Assembly (NCBI GenBank): GCA_041690355.1
Contig: JAWLHK010000006.1
Span: 62,001 to 126,000 of the forward strand
Direction: 5' to 3'
Source: a bacterium
Lineage (GTDB): Bacteria > J088 > JAWLBW01
DNA length: 64,000 nt
Under the pieces are notes generated by a model, which saw only the letters and a list, made by a program, of their open reading frames with translations, was not told where the DNA came from and did not search any database. A program made the position numbers and the translations under genes. Of this stretch, positions 55,471 to 64,000 are shown one piece after another (within the stretch, counting starts at the first letter, position 1; each line of letters opens with the position of its first letter).

Positions 55471-57273
55471 ATGTATCCCCTTCGCTTCGTCACGCTGCTG
55501 GCCCTTTTGCTGTTGGTGGGCTGCGGCCGTCCGGCTCCGACCGTCATTCCCGCAGACCCCGCGCACCGGAATCCGCTTGCCTGGGGTGAAGACGGATTCT
55601 TCCCGGTACCCTCCGACGTGTATCGAACGAATGGACGGCTGCAGCTTGACGCCGCTGTCTGGGGTGAACGGGTTCTCGCCAAGGCGCCCACGTTTGCCGA
55701 TACGGCCTTGCAACGACTGGCACAGCGCGACGGATTCGCGCCGAATCTGCCGATTCTCGCGCTCGTTCCCGCGCGCGTCGATTCGGCGTCGGTGCGCATC
55801 ACGGACTTCGGGCTTTCCGATTCCGCCGTGCGGCTGCTCAGGGAAGTGGACGGGGCGCCCGTGCCGATCACCGTCGAGACCCTTCCGCTGGATGGCGGCG
55901 ATGCGGGTACCCTGCTCATCGTGAACCCGATGATGCGCCTCGCGGATGGAACCCGCTATCTCGTGCTCGTTCGCGGGGTGCGCAACGAGGCTGGCGCGCC
56001 GGTACCGCCTGCAGCTGCGGTGGCCGGCAGGTTCGCCGGGAACGATGAAAACGTGCAGGCGGTGGGCGAAGCGGTGACCCGCCTGGCTCCCGCAGCCGAC
56101 GATCTTCAGCTCGCCTTTCTCTTCACGACCGGGAGCCGCTACGGAGAGGAATTCCGCGCGCTGAAGCGCGACGTGGACACACTGGCCCGCGCCCGACCGT
56201 TCACGCTGATGACAGCGGGCCCGTCGAAGCACCGGTTCCCCTGGTGGCCGGCGGGCACCGCTTGGGATGTGATCGGCACCTTTGACGGATGGCGCTTCGT
56301 TGACGAGCACGGTCGCATCCTCGACCGCCCGACACCGTACAAGGTCTCGGTCCAGCTCTCGCTGCCGGAGGAATGTCCGGCCGGCGGATGCCCGGTCGTG
56401 ATCTTCTGCCACGGATTCCAAGCCTCGAAGGAGACCATGAATCAGGTCGCCGGTCCGCTCAACCGGGTGGGGATCGCCGTTATCGGGGTCGACGGACTCT
56501 GGCACGAGTCGTTTCTGCGCACGATGCATGTCATGCGCGAAATCCGCAAACACTATGATGTCTTCGCAGGACTGATCTACCAGCACGTTGCGCTCCAGTG
56601 GCAGTTGCGCCACCTGGTTACGGGCGACCTGGCCGATCTCGACGTCCTCCCCGTGCGGACCTTCGGCGCCGACGGCGATGGCGTTCCCGATCTCGACGTG
56701 ACGCGTATCGGCTTCGTCGGTCAGTCGCTGGGCGGAATCTCAGGCGTCACGGCCTTCGCGTACGAACCGGAATTCGACGCCGCGATCTTCAACGTTGCCG
56801 GCGGCGGATTCTACGCGATGTTCGGCGACAGCATGCTGCGCGGCGCCCTTCGGATACCGATGTTCGACGACATTGACGGTCTGAGCTCCTGGGAAGGAGC
56901 GGCGGCGACGGCGTTCGCGAGTTATGCGGTCGATTTCGTCGATCCGCTGCTGACGGCAGGGGTGCTGCGCGACGACCCGCGGCCGCGGTTTCTCCAGGTC
57001 GGTCTTGGTGACGGCCTGGTGCCCAACACGGCGTCGGATCTGTTGGCGCGCAGCCTGGGGATGACGCGGATCACCGAGGCCCCGGCCGATCGCGCGTGGA
57101 ATCTGCCGGTGCAAGCCGATGCTCCCTGGCAGAACATCTATTCCTACACGGAATTCGGAGGTCTCGGCTACCTGCCGCACCTCGCCCTCAATGGCGAAGC
57201 GCAGCAGGCCGAGGTGGTCCGCTTCTTCCGCGAGCACCTCGGCGTGTCCGAGGTTCAATCGGCCGCGAAGTAG
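55471..57273 (+). CDS. Lipoprotein alpha/beta hydrolase (extracellular lipase-like)
   Basis: LLVGC lipobox, IFCHG, GQSLGG and GDGLVPN. Confidence 0.75.
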   Translation: MYPLRFVTLLALLLLVGCGRPAPTVIPADPAHRNPLAWGEDGFFPVPSDVYRTNGRLQLDAAVWGERVLAKAPTFADTALQRLAQRDGFAPNLPILALVPARVDSASVRITDFGLSDSAVRLLREVDGAPVPITVETLPLDGGDAGTLLIVNPMMRLADGTRYLVLVRGVRNEAGAPVPPAAAVAGRFAGNDENVQAVGEAVTRLAPAADDLQLAFLFTTGSRYGEEFRALKRDVDTLARARPFTLMTAGPSKHRFPWWPAGTAWDVIGTFDGWRFVDEHGRILDRPTPYKVSVQLSLPEECPAGGCPVVIFCHGFQASKETMNQVAGPLNRVGIAVIGVDGLWHESFLRTMHVMREIRKHYDVFAGLIYQHVALQWQLRHLVTGDLADLDVLPVRTFGADGDGVPDLDVTRIGFVGQSLGGISGVTAFAYEPEFDAAIFNVAGGGFYAMFGDSMLRGALRIPMFDDIDGLSSWEGAAATAFASYAVDFVDPLLTAGVLRDDPRPRFLQVGLGDGLVPNTASDLLARSLGMTRITEAPADRAWNLPVQADAPWQNIYSYTEFGGLGYLPHLALNGEAQQAEVVRFFREHLGVSEVQSAAK

Positions 57274-57311
57274 CTTTTCCCGTTCCTGCCCTTACTTGGT
57301 TCTTGCCGTAT

Positions 57312-57339
57312 CGGGCATTGGGAATCGGGCATCGGTCAT
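57312..57339 (-). repeat. Heptamer array (ATGCCCG type) overlapping the thioesterase stop
   Basis: Plus strand cgggcat tgggaat cgggcat cggtcat. Confidence 0.65.
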
Positions 57340-57767
57340 TGCGGATTCTGCGCCGGGCGCAAAATCCGCTCCATGCAGGCCCGCAGCGGCGGCGGGATGG
57401 GCGTCGGCTTCTGCGTATCCCGATCCACGAAGACGTGCACGAAGTGCCCCTCGGCCGCCGGCTCGCCGTGCCCCTGGCGGAACAGGCCGATCTCGTAGCG
57501 CACCGACGAGTTCCCCAGCTTGCCCACGCGCAGCCCGGCGTCCACGATTTCGGGGAAGGCGAGTGACTGGTGGAACTTGCAGAAGGTTTCCACCGCAAGG
57601 CCGATGACGGTTCCCCCATGGATGTCGAGCCCCCCCTCGCGGATCAGGTACTCGTTCACGACGGTATCGAAGTACGAGTAGTAGGTCACGTTGTTGACGT
57701 GGCCGTAGATGTCGTTGTCCATCCAGCGCGTCGGGATGGCGAGAAAGTGCGGATAGTCGGAACGCAT
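57336..57767 (-). CDS. Acyl-CoA thioesterase (4HBT/YbgC family)
   Basis: [16 protein letters not shown]. Confidence 0.9.
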   Translation of the reverse strand: MRSDYPHFLAIPTRWMDNDIYGHVNNVTYYSYFDTVVNEYLIREGGLDIHGGTVIGLAVETFCKFHQSLAFPEIVDAGLRVGKLGNSSVRYEIGLFRQGHGEPAAEGHFVHVFVDRDTQKPTPIPPPLRACMERILRPAQNPQ

Positions 57768-57792
57768 GGGAAATTCCGGATGAAAAGGGCGT

Positions 57793-58917
57793 TCAGGGGA
57801 CGAGAATCTGGCGCACGGCGTTCCCCTCGGCCAGGCGGTCGAAGGCTGCATTCAGGCCGTCGAAGCCGATGTGATCGCTCATGAGCCGGTTCACCGGCAG
57901 GCGTCCCTGCTGATAGAGCGCGATGTAGCGGGGAATGTCGCGTACGGGGACGCACGAGCCGATATAGCTCCCCTTCACGGTGCGCTCTTCGGCGACGAGA
58001 TTCACGTGCTGCACCGGCCACATCTGCTGGGGATGCGAAAGGCCCGCCGTGACGGTCATGCCGCCGCGACGGGTTGCCTTGTAGGCGAGGTCCATGGCGG
58101 GCACGACGCCGGCCATCTCGAACGCGTAGTCCACGCCGCCGCGGGTCAGGTCGCGGATCTGCTGGAGCGCATCCGAGTCGCCCGCGTTGATGGCGTTCGT
58201 GGCCCCCAGTTCGGCGGCCAGGCGCAACTTGTCGGCGTTCAGGTCGACGGCGATGATGCGCGAAGCGCCGGCGGCGATGGCGCCGAGCACGGCGTTCAGG
58301 CCCACGCCGCCGAGTCCGATGACGGCAACAGTCGACCCCATGGCGACCCGGGCGGTGTTCGCCACGGCGCCGACGCCGGTGAGCACGGCGCAGCCGAAGA
58401 GGGCGGCTTCGTCGAAGGGGAGGGAGGAATCCACTTTCACGACCGAACGCCGCGAGACGACCGCGTACTCCGCGAAGGCCGAGACGCCGAGGTGGTGGTG
58501 CACATCGGCGCCATTCCGCTGGATCCGTCGGGCGCCCGAAAGCAGCGTTCCCGCCGTGTTCGCGACCGCGCCCGGCTCGCACAGGGCGGGGCGCCCTTCC
58601 ATGCAGGGGATGCACCCGCCGCAGCTCGGCACGAAGACCAGCACAACGTGATCGCCGATGGCCAGATCGGTCACGCCGGGTCCCAGTTCCACCACTTCGC
58701 CGGCCGCTTCGTGGCCGAGGGCCATCGGGGTCGGGCGCGGACGGTCGCCGTTGATGACCGAAAGGTCCGAATGGCAGAGCCCCGCGGCGCGTACGCGGAC
58801 GATCAGTTCGCCATGGCCGGGCGCGCTCAGGTCGACTTCGTCGATGGCCAGCGGTCTGCTTTGTGCGTAAGGCGCCGGAGCGCCGATGGACTCGAGGACG
58901 GCAGCACGCGTTTTCAT
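57793..58917 (-). CDS. Zinc-dependent alcohol dehydrogenase
   Basis: GLCHSD, GHEAAG, structural-Zn Cys cluster, GLGGVG. Confidence 0.92.
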   Translation of the reverse strand: MKTRAAVLESIGAPAPYAQSRPLAIDEVDLSAPGHGELIVRVRAAGLCHSDLSVINGDRPRPTPMALGHEAAGEVVELGPGVTDLAIGDHVVLVFVPSCGGCIPCMEGRPALCEPGAVANTAGTLLSGARRIQRNGADVHHHLGVSAFAEYAVVSRRSVVKVDSSLPFDEAALFGCAVLTGVGAVANTARVAMGSTVAVIGLGGVGLNAVLGAIAAGASRIIAVDLNADKLRLAAELGATNAINAGDSDALQQIRDLTRGGVDYAFEMAGVVPAMDLAYKATRRGGMTVTAGLSHPQQMWPVQHVNLVAEERTVKGSYIGSCVPVRDIPRYIALYQQGRLPVNRLMSDHIGFDGLNAAFDRLAEGNAVRQILVP

Positions 58918-59058
58918 GGCGTACAGTTTAGCGCGGATCGCTTCGGAACCCCAAGCGGGTTGGCCGACGGACGCCGGTCGTCGAACGTCGGTGGAGGGTC
59001 CAGCGGTGCTCCCTGGGCATCATGGTTCGCCCGATGGGATAGCCGGACATCGCGGCGA

Positions 59059-59166
59059 TTACCGTGCCTTTACTCGGTTCCCTGCGCAGGCGATTATGGA
59101 CTCACTGAGGTGGCCAGCCGCGAGAGCGATATCGTAGAGGTACTTCTTGACCTCACGCGGCTTCAT
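59059..59166 (-). pseudogene. Truncated HEPN/DUF86 (HepT-like) toxin remnant
   Basis: Translates MKPREVKKYLYDIALAAGHLSE..., overlapping the MNT stop; ends after 35 aa with no RxxxxH motif. Confidence 0.7.
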
Positions 59167-59473
59167 AAAGGGCGGTCCGGGTTTCCTCGACAGCTTCTTT
59201 GAAGTACGGATTTTGTATCGGTTCAGCCTCGACCAGATCGATCTCCCTTTGGAACAGCTCCTGCAAAGCTTTCAAGAGGCCGAAGTAGGCGCCAGCGTAG
59301 TCGCGTGAGGCCGCCGGGAGGAACTCCACGAGAAAATCGAGGTCGCTTGTCTTCGGATCGAAGTTCCCGTTGACCGCCGAGCCGAACAGCCAGAGGCGCC
59401 GAACATGATGCTTGCGACACAGGTCGGCGATCAGTTCCCGGCTGTTTTCAACGCTGGAGTGAATGGAGCCCAT
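59153..59473 (-). CDS. Minimal nucleotidyltransferase (MntA-type antitoxin)
   Basis: LWLFGSA...SDLDFLVEF and REIDLV...NPYF. Confidence 0.85.
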   Translation of the reverse strand: MGSIHSSVENSRELIADLCRKHHVRRLWLFGSAVNGNFDPKTSDLDFLVEFLPAASRDYAGAYFGLLKALQELFQREIDLVEAEPIQNPYFKEAVEETRTALYEAA

Positions 59474-59600
59474 GGCTAAGATCATACCCGGATTCGGCTG
59501 TCTCATGCTATTGGACCGTCGAGCAGGCGAGGGCTTCGCCGGGTGGACGAATCGGAAGGGGCGGGGTAGGCTGATCTCTCCCCCGGATCCGGAGGTTCTC

Positions 59601-60368
59601 ATGGCGATTCGCCTGTCGGTTCTCGCGCTCACCGCGCTGTCGTTTCTGTTTCCCGCGCTCGCGGCGGCCGCGCCTGCCGCTTCTCCCGCGGGTTCCTATG
59701 CGTCGTTCGAGACCGACGCCACCTCGGGCGTCCCGACGCGCATCCGGGCGGCGATCGACGGATACGCGAAACTCGACGCGGGGAATCCCGAAGTTGCCTG
59801 GCGGCTCATCCGCGCGTACTTCGCTTATTACGACGAGCTGGCCGAGCGGAATCAGGAAAAGGAGCGCGTCTGGGCGGCCGATGCCGGTTACGAGCTCGCA
59901 AACCAGGCGATCAAGGAGCATCCGGAACATCCGGAAGTCGTTTACTATGCGGGGCTCATCGGGATGGCCTATCTGGACATGCACCAGATGAAGGCGCTGT
60001 TCATCGTGGGTGAGGTCATGGACCGGTTCCGCAAGGCGCGCGCGCTCAAGCCGGCGCTCGACGACTGGGGTCCCGACCGGAGTCTGGGGATACTCTATCA
60101 CTCGCTGCCGGGGTGGCCGCTCAGCCAGGGCGACAGGAAGAAGGCGCACGAACATCTCCAGCGCGCGGCCGACAACGCGCCCGAGCGAGGCATCAACCGG
60201 CTCATGCTGGCGCAAGTGCTGCTGGCGCTCGACGAACCCGCGGCCGCGAAGCCGCATCTCGAGTTCCTGCAGAAGGGGAACTGGCGGGCGAGCTCGCCGC
60301 ACTGGCGCGCGATCACGGAGCGGCGGATCGGGGAGACGGTGAAGCAGTGGGAGGCGGCGGACCGGTGA
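59601..60368 (+). CDS. Exported TPR-like helical protein
   Basis: Signal peptide, SD GGAGG, helical repeats (RSLGILY...PGWPLSQGD). Confidence 0.65.
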   Translation: MAIRLSVLALTALSFLFPALAAAAPAASPAGSYASFETDATSGVPTRIRAAIDGYAKLDAGNPEVAWRLIRAYFAYYDELAERNQEKERVWAADAGYELANQAIKEHPEHPEVVYYAGLIGMAYLDMHQMKALFIVGEVMDRFRKARALKPALDDWGPDRSLGILYHSLPGWPLSQGDRKKAHEHLQRAADNAPERGINRLMLAQVLLALDEPAAAKPHLEFLQKGNWRASSPHWRAITERRIGETVKQWEAADR

Positions 60369-60395
60369 GGGTCGCTTCCCGTAATGCTTTGGAGG

Positions 60396-60506
60396 GGGGG
60401 AGTGGGAGAGTGGGGGACTGGGGGGAGAAGCAAGAACCGCGAAGAACGGGCATGTGCTTCTATCGGCTCTTCACCGGCGTCCGACGTCCGGCGTCCGACG
60501 TCCGAC
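60396..60506. repeat. Octamer (GGGAGAGT-like) and heptamer (CCGACGT) arrays between convergent genes
   Basis: gggggagt gggagagt gggggact at 60396-60419; ccggcgt ccgacgt ccggcgt ccgacgt ccgac at 60474-60506. Confidence 0.7.
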
Positions 60507-61382
60507 CGGAACCCACCCGCGTTCCCTGTAAAGCTTGTGGCCCGCGGCGAGCGCCGCCTTGATCTGCTTCTCGAGCGCGGCGTCGAGCGCCTTGATGTGG
60601 AAACAGGACTTTCCCTTGAGCAGCTTCAGCAGTTCGGGGGCGAAGACCTGCTGCATCTCCGGTTTCGCATAGACCGGCATGAAGTAGAACCCGACATAGC
60701 CCTTCTGGATGATGAGCCCCAGGAAGAAGACTTCCTTGCGCTTGCGCCCCTCGATGACGAGGTCCTTCTGCGACCACAGCTCGTAGCGTCCCGGCCGATC
60801 GATGGTCACGGTGTAGGGGGGCGCATATTTCGCCGCGAGCTGGCGAATCCGTGCGAAAATCGTGTCCAGGTCCGTCACCGAATTCGATGGCGCGGGCTTG
60901 CGTGCCGCCTGGCGGGTCGAAGGCGTTTTCCCGACCGGCGTCTTTTTCGCCGCCGCCGTATCGGTCAGGAGCGCCCCCAGCCGCTTCGGCGCGATTGCGC
61001 GGTAGCTCTCGCGGAGCCAGGCGTGCAGCAGGTCGAGCGGAATCGTATCCCCTTGCTCGAACGCGGCTGATATCCAGCCGGCTTTGCCGAGTCCGTAACC
61101 GGTCGGCGAGGCAAAGGGGAGCATGCGCGCGGCGTCGTTCGACTGCGGAAGCTTCACGGAGAGACTCAGCGTACCCTCCTCCAGGGCGAGAAAGCAGAAC
61201 GCTTTGCCCTTGACCTTCAGGGCCCGATGCCCCCAGGGAAAATCTTCGGTCGCTTCGGGAAAGGACATCCCGAAGTCGCGAAGGTCTCCCTCGGCCTTGA
61301 CGAGCGGATTTGCGGCTCGCCGCGTTTTACGGGGCACAGGCTTCACGGGGCGCTTGTCCGTCGTGGACTTCGGGGAAGTCAT
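60471..61382 (-). CDS. MmcQ/YjbR-family domain fused to a DUF1801-like domain
   Basis: EDFPWG...KVKGKAF...GYGLGKAGW...ESYRAIAPK; then QKGYVGFYFMPVY...KGKSCFH. Confidence 0.7.
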   Translation of the reverse strand: MTSPKSTTDKRPVKPVPRKTRRAANPLVKAEGDLRDFGMSFPEATEDFPWGHRALKVKGKAFCFLALEEGTLSLSVKLPQSNDAARMLPFASPTGYGLGKAGWISAAFEQGDTIPLDLLHAWLRESYRAIAPKRLGALLTDTAAAKKTPVGKTPSTRQAARKPAPSNSVTDLDTIFARIRQLAAKYAPPYTVTIDRPGRYELWSQKDLVIEGRKRKEVFFLGLIIQKGYVGFYFMPVYAKPEMQQVFAPELLKLLKGKSCFHIKALDAALEKQIKAALAAGHKLYRERGWVPVGRRTPDVGRR

Positions 61383-61389
61383 GCGGCGC

Positions 61390-62040
61390 TCACCGCCCCA
61401 TCTGAATGTGAAAATTGTAGTCGGCGTGCTTGAAGCGGGCGTAGAGGCGAACCCAGATCGGCAGCAGCATCTCCGTTCCGCGCGCGGTCGAGATGTCGCC
61501 CACGTCGACGATGTTCTTCCAGCCGAAGCTCCGCAGCAGTCCGCTCACGGCCGCTTTGGCGCCATCGTCGTTGCCGCTGACAAAGACGTCGTGCTCGCCC
61601 GGAACCTTGTCAGGATGCACCATGATGGCGGCGTTCATGGTGTTCAGTGTCTTGACGACGTGCGCATCGGGAACGACGCGTTGAATCTGCTCGCCCAGGG
61701 AATCGGTGTTGCAGACCGTCAGGGAAGGGGGGAATCCCTTGCTGAAGTCGAGCGGGTTGGTGATATCGACGAGGATCTTGCCGCGCAGTACGTCGTTACC
61801 GATGGCCTCGATGATCTCGAGCGAGACGAGCCCTTTCGTGCAGTTGAAGACCATTTCGCCGTGCGCCGCGGCATCGGCGAAGGTCCCCTGCGAGGCGGAT
61901 CCGCCGACCTTGCGCACCCACGCGGCCGCCGTTTCGTTGGTCGCGCTGCGCGAACCCATCTTCACGTCGTGCCCCAGTTCCACCAGCCGGGTGGCAATGG
62001 CGTCACCGACCGATCCGGTCCCAAGAACTCCGATTCTCAT
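61390..62040 (-). CDS. NADP oxidoreductase (F420-dependent family)
   Basis: GTGSVG, GSR, DITNPL and VVKTLNTM; SD GGGAGG. Confidence 0.85.
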   Translation of the reverse strand: MRIGVLGTGSVGDAIATRLVELGHDVKMGSRSATNETAAAWVRKVGGSASQGTFADAAAHGEMVFNCTKGLVSLEIIEAIGNDVLRGKILVDITNPLDFSKGFPPSLTVCNTDSLGEQIQRVVPDAHVVKTLNTMNAAIMVHPDKVPGEHDVFVSGNDDGAKAAVSGLLRSFGWKNIVDVGDISTARGTEMLLPIWVRLYARFKHADYNFHIQMGR

Positions 62041-62174
62041 GCGCATCCTCCCGTTCTGTTGTAGCCGGAACCTGCGTCCCGGAATGACAGCGTACTGCGG
62101 GGAGAGGGGCTTCGGCAACCGGAAGGGGGCACAGTTGCACGTTCTGTTGCACGGCACGGAACCCTCTGATATAG

Positions 62175-62196
62175 TATTCTTAAAAACATAGGAATA
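62175..62196. promoter_or_regulatory. Putative ArsR operator
   Basis: AT-rich TATTC-N12-GAATA immediately upstream of the ArsR gene. Confidence 0.5.
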
Positions 62197-62204
62197 TAAG
62201 AATT

Positions 62205-62897
62205 ATGCTTGGTGCAGTTACAACACGTCAGGTGAAGGACGCCCTGTACGCGGAATTCGCGGCGGTCGGTAAGGCCATGGCGAATCCGAAACGGTTCGAA
62301 CTGCTCGACCTGTTGAGCCAGGGTCCGCGCACCGTCGAGCGTCTCGGCGAGGCGGCTTCGCTCTCCGTCGGCAATGCCTCGCATCACCTGCAGGCCCTCA
62401 AGGAGGCGCGCCTGGTGGAATCGTCCAAGAATGGCCTTTTTGTGACCTATCGCCTTGCCGAAGGGGTCGAGGGACTATTGGCGGTGATCCGCAGCCTGGC
62501 CGAGGCGCATCGGGCCGAGGTCGACCGGATCTATCGCGCACATTTCGAGCCCGGCGCGCCCCTCGAGGCGCTCGGCCGCGACGCGCTGCTCAAGCGGGTG
62601 CGACGCGGCGAGGCCGTCGTCATCGACGTGCGGCCATCTGAAGAGTACGAGGCGGGGCACCTTGCGGGCGCCGTCTCGGTTCCGCTCGAGAAGCTCGAGC
62701 GCTGGATCAAGACCGTTCCGCGTGACCGGGCGGTGGTCGCCTACTGTCGCGGGCGCTACTGCGTCATGGCCGGCAAGGCGGTCGAGGCACTGCGCGCCCG
62801 GGGGTTCGAGGCCGTGCGGCTCGAAGAAGGGGTCCACGAGTTCCGCACGCGCGGGCTTCCCGTGGTCTCGGCCATGGACGAGGAGGTGTGCGCATGA
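62205..62897 (+). CDS. ArsR/SmtB regulator fused to a rhodanese domain
   Basis: KAMANPKRFELL...ASHHLQAL HTH; DVRP...YCRGRYC rhodanese. Confidence 0.9.
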   Translation: MLGAVTTRQVKDALYAEFAAVGKAMANPKRFELLDLLSQGPRTVERLGEAASLSVGNASHHLQALKEARLVESSKNGLFVTYRLAEGVEGLLAVIRSLAEAHRAEVDRIYRAHFEPGAPLEALGRDALLKRVRRGEAVVIDVRPSEEYEAGHLAGAVSVPLEKLERWIKTVPRDRAVVAYCRGRYCVMAGKAVEALRARGFEAVRLEEGVHEFRTRGLPVVSAMDEEVCA

Positions 62898-64000
62898 GCC
62901 CGCATCGTCCCGTGCTCGGCCTGCGTGAGAATTGGCGCCAGTTTGCGCTGCTCGTGCTCGTCAACGGCTTCGTCGGCGCCATGGTCGGACTCGAGCGCAC
63001 CATTCTGCCGACGATTGCGGAGCAGGAGTTCGACATCGCGGCCAAAAGCGCGATTCTCTCGTTCATCGCCGTGTTCGGCGTCTCGAAGGCCATCACGAAC
63101 TATCTGGCGGGGCGCTTTTCCGATCGCCTGGGGCGCAAGCCGGTGCTCCTGTTCGGCTGGCTCGCCGCCATCCCCGTTCCGTTCCTGCTCATGTGGGCGC
63201 CCTCCTGGGAGTGGATTACCTTCGCCAACGTCTTTCTGGGTATCAGCCAGGGGCTCACCTGGTCGACGACGGTCATCATGAAGATCGACCTCGTCGGGCC
63301 GCAGCGGCGCGGCCTGGCCATGGGGCTCAACGAGTTCGCCGGATACTTCGCGGTCGCCGTCTCGGCGCTCGCGACGGGCTACATCGCTTCGACGTGGGGA
63401 CTGCGGCCCGAACCGTTCTATCTCGGCATCGTCTATGTCGCCTTCGGCGGTCTGCTCAGCTGGCTGGCGGTGCACGAGACCCACGGACACGCCCGGCTCG
63501 AAGCGAACACCCACGCGGCGACCGGCACGCACGTCGGACTTTCGCCGCGCGAAGTCTTTACGCGCACGTCGTTTACGGATCGCAATCTGTCTTCGGTCAG
63601 TCAGGCCGGCATGGTCAACAACCTCAATGATGGTATGGCGTGGGGGCTGTTTCCCATGCTCTACGCGGCTGCCGGACTCTCGCTCGAGCGTATCGGCCTG
63701 CTCGCGGCGCTCTATCCGGCCGTCTGGGGGCTCTCGCAGCTGTTCACCGGCGCGCTTTCGGATCGGCTGGGCCGCAAGGGGCTCATTGTGGGGGGCATGT
63801 GGCTGCAGGCGGCCGGCATCGTTCTCATCGGGGCGGGGAACGGATTCCAGCTGTTCGCAGCGGGATCGGTTCTTCTCGGTCTGGGGACCGCCATGGTCTA
63901 CCCGACGCTGCTCGCGGCTATCGGTGACGTCGCGCATCCGGCCTGGCGCGCCTCTTCGGTCGGGGTGTACCGCCTGTGGCGCGATCTGGGATACGCGTTC
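62894..64000 (+). CDS. MFS transporter (runs off the window end; not in the ORF track)
   Basis: MSPHRPVLGLRENWRQFALLVLVNGFVGAMVGLER...; GRFSDRLGRK motif A; ATGA overlap with arsR. Confidence 0.9.
   Translation, partial: MSPHRPVLGLRENWRQFALLVLVNGFVGAMVGLERTILPTIAEQEFDIAAKSAILSFIAVFGVSKAITNYLAGRFSDRLGRKPVLLFGWLAAIPVPFLLMWAPSWEWITFANVFLGISQGLTWSTTVIMKIDLVGPQRRGLAMGLNEFAGYFAVAVSALATGYIASTWGLRPEPFYLGIVYVAFGGLLSWLAVHETHGHARLEANTHAATGTHVGLSPREVFTRTSFTDRNLSSVSQAGMVNNLNDGMAWGLFPMLYAAAGLSLERIGLLAALYPAVWGLSQLFTGALSDRLGRKGLIVGGMWLQAAGIVLIGAGNGFQLFAAGSVLLGLGTAMVYPTLLAAIGDVAHPAWRASSVGVYRLWRDLGYAF

Noticed and set aside
62070-62088. CCCGGAATGAC, resembling a REP half-site
   Set aside because: No matching inverted arm or second copy seen in the window
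62756-63937. 393-aa minus-strand ORF and short plus ORFs at the window end
   Set aside because: Shadows of the real MFS gene starting at 62894, which lacks a stop within the window

Overview
GC-rich (roughly two-thirds G+C by eye) bacterial chromosomal segment, probably from a diderm organism of Deltaproteobacteria/Myxococcota-like affinity. That taxonomy is inferred from the lipoproteins, the LolA-like/outer-membrane barrel operon, an MshEN protein and a sigma54 promoter. It carries about 60 CDS. These include central metabolism (fbaB, ndk, sucCD, Bacillus-type sdhCAB), an acyl-CoA carboxylase module, bioA, sulfite/nitrite reductase plus MoeZ, and an RRM protein plus DEAD-box helicase. It also carries HAD-OtsB plus GH65, a nine-gene Mrp-like antiporter operon lacking MrpA, a bpt-marC-JmjC cluster, a penicillin-acylase-family enzyme with a TetR regulator, a LolCDE/LolA-like/OM-barrel operon, an MNT antitoxin with a truncated HEPN toxin, and ArsR-rhodanese plus MFS. 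No rRNA, tRNA, CRISPR array or transposase was seen. The most striking non-coding signals are: (i) about a dozen modular 7-bp tandem-repeat cassettes at gene 3' ends, several of which supply the stop codon; (ii) at least nine genes with a leaderless-mRNA promoter architecture; (iii) a roughly 245-nt highly structured leader upstream of the RRM gene; (iv) a nested-palindrome element at 8332-8446. All calls come from motif recognition only; no database search was run.
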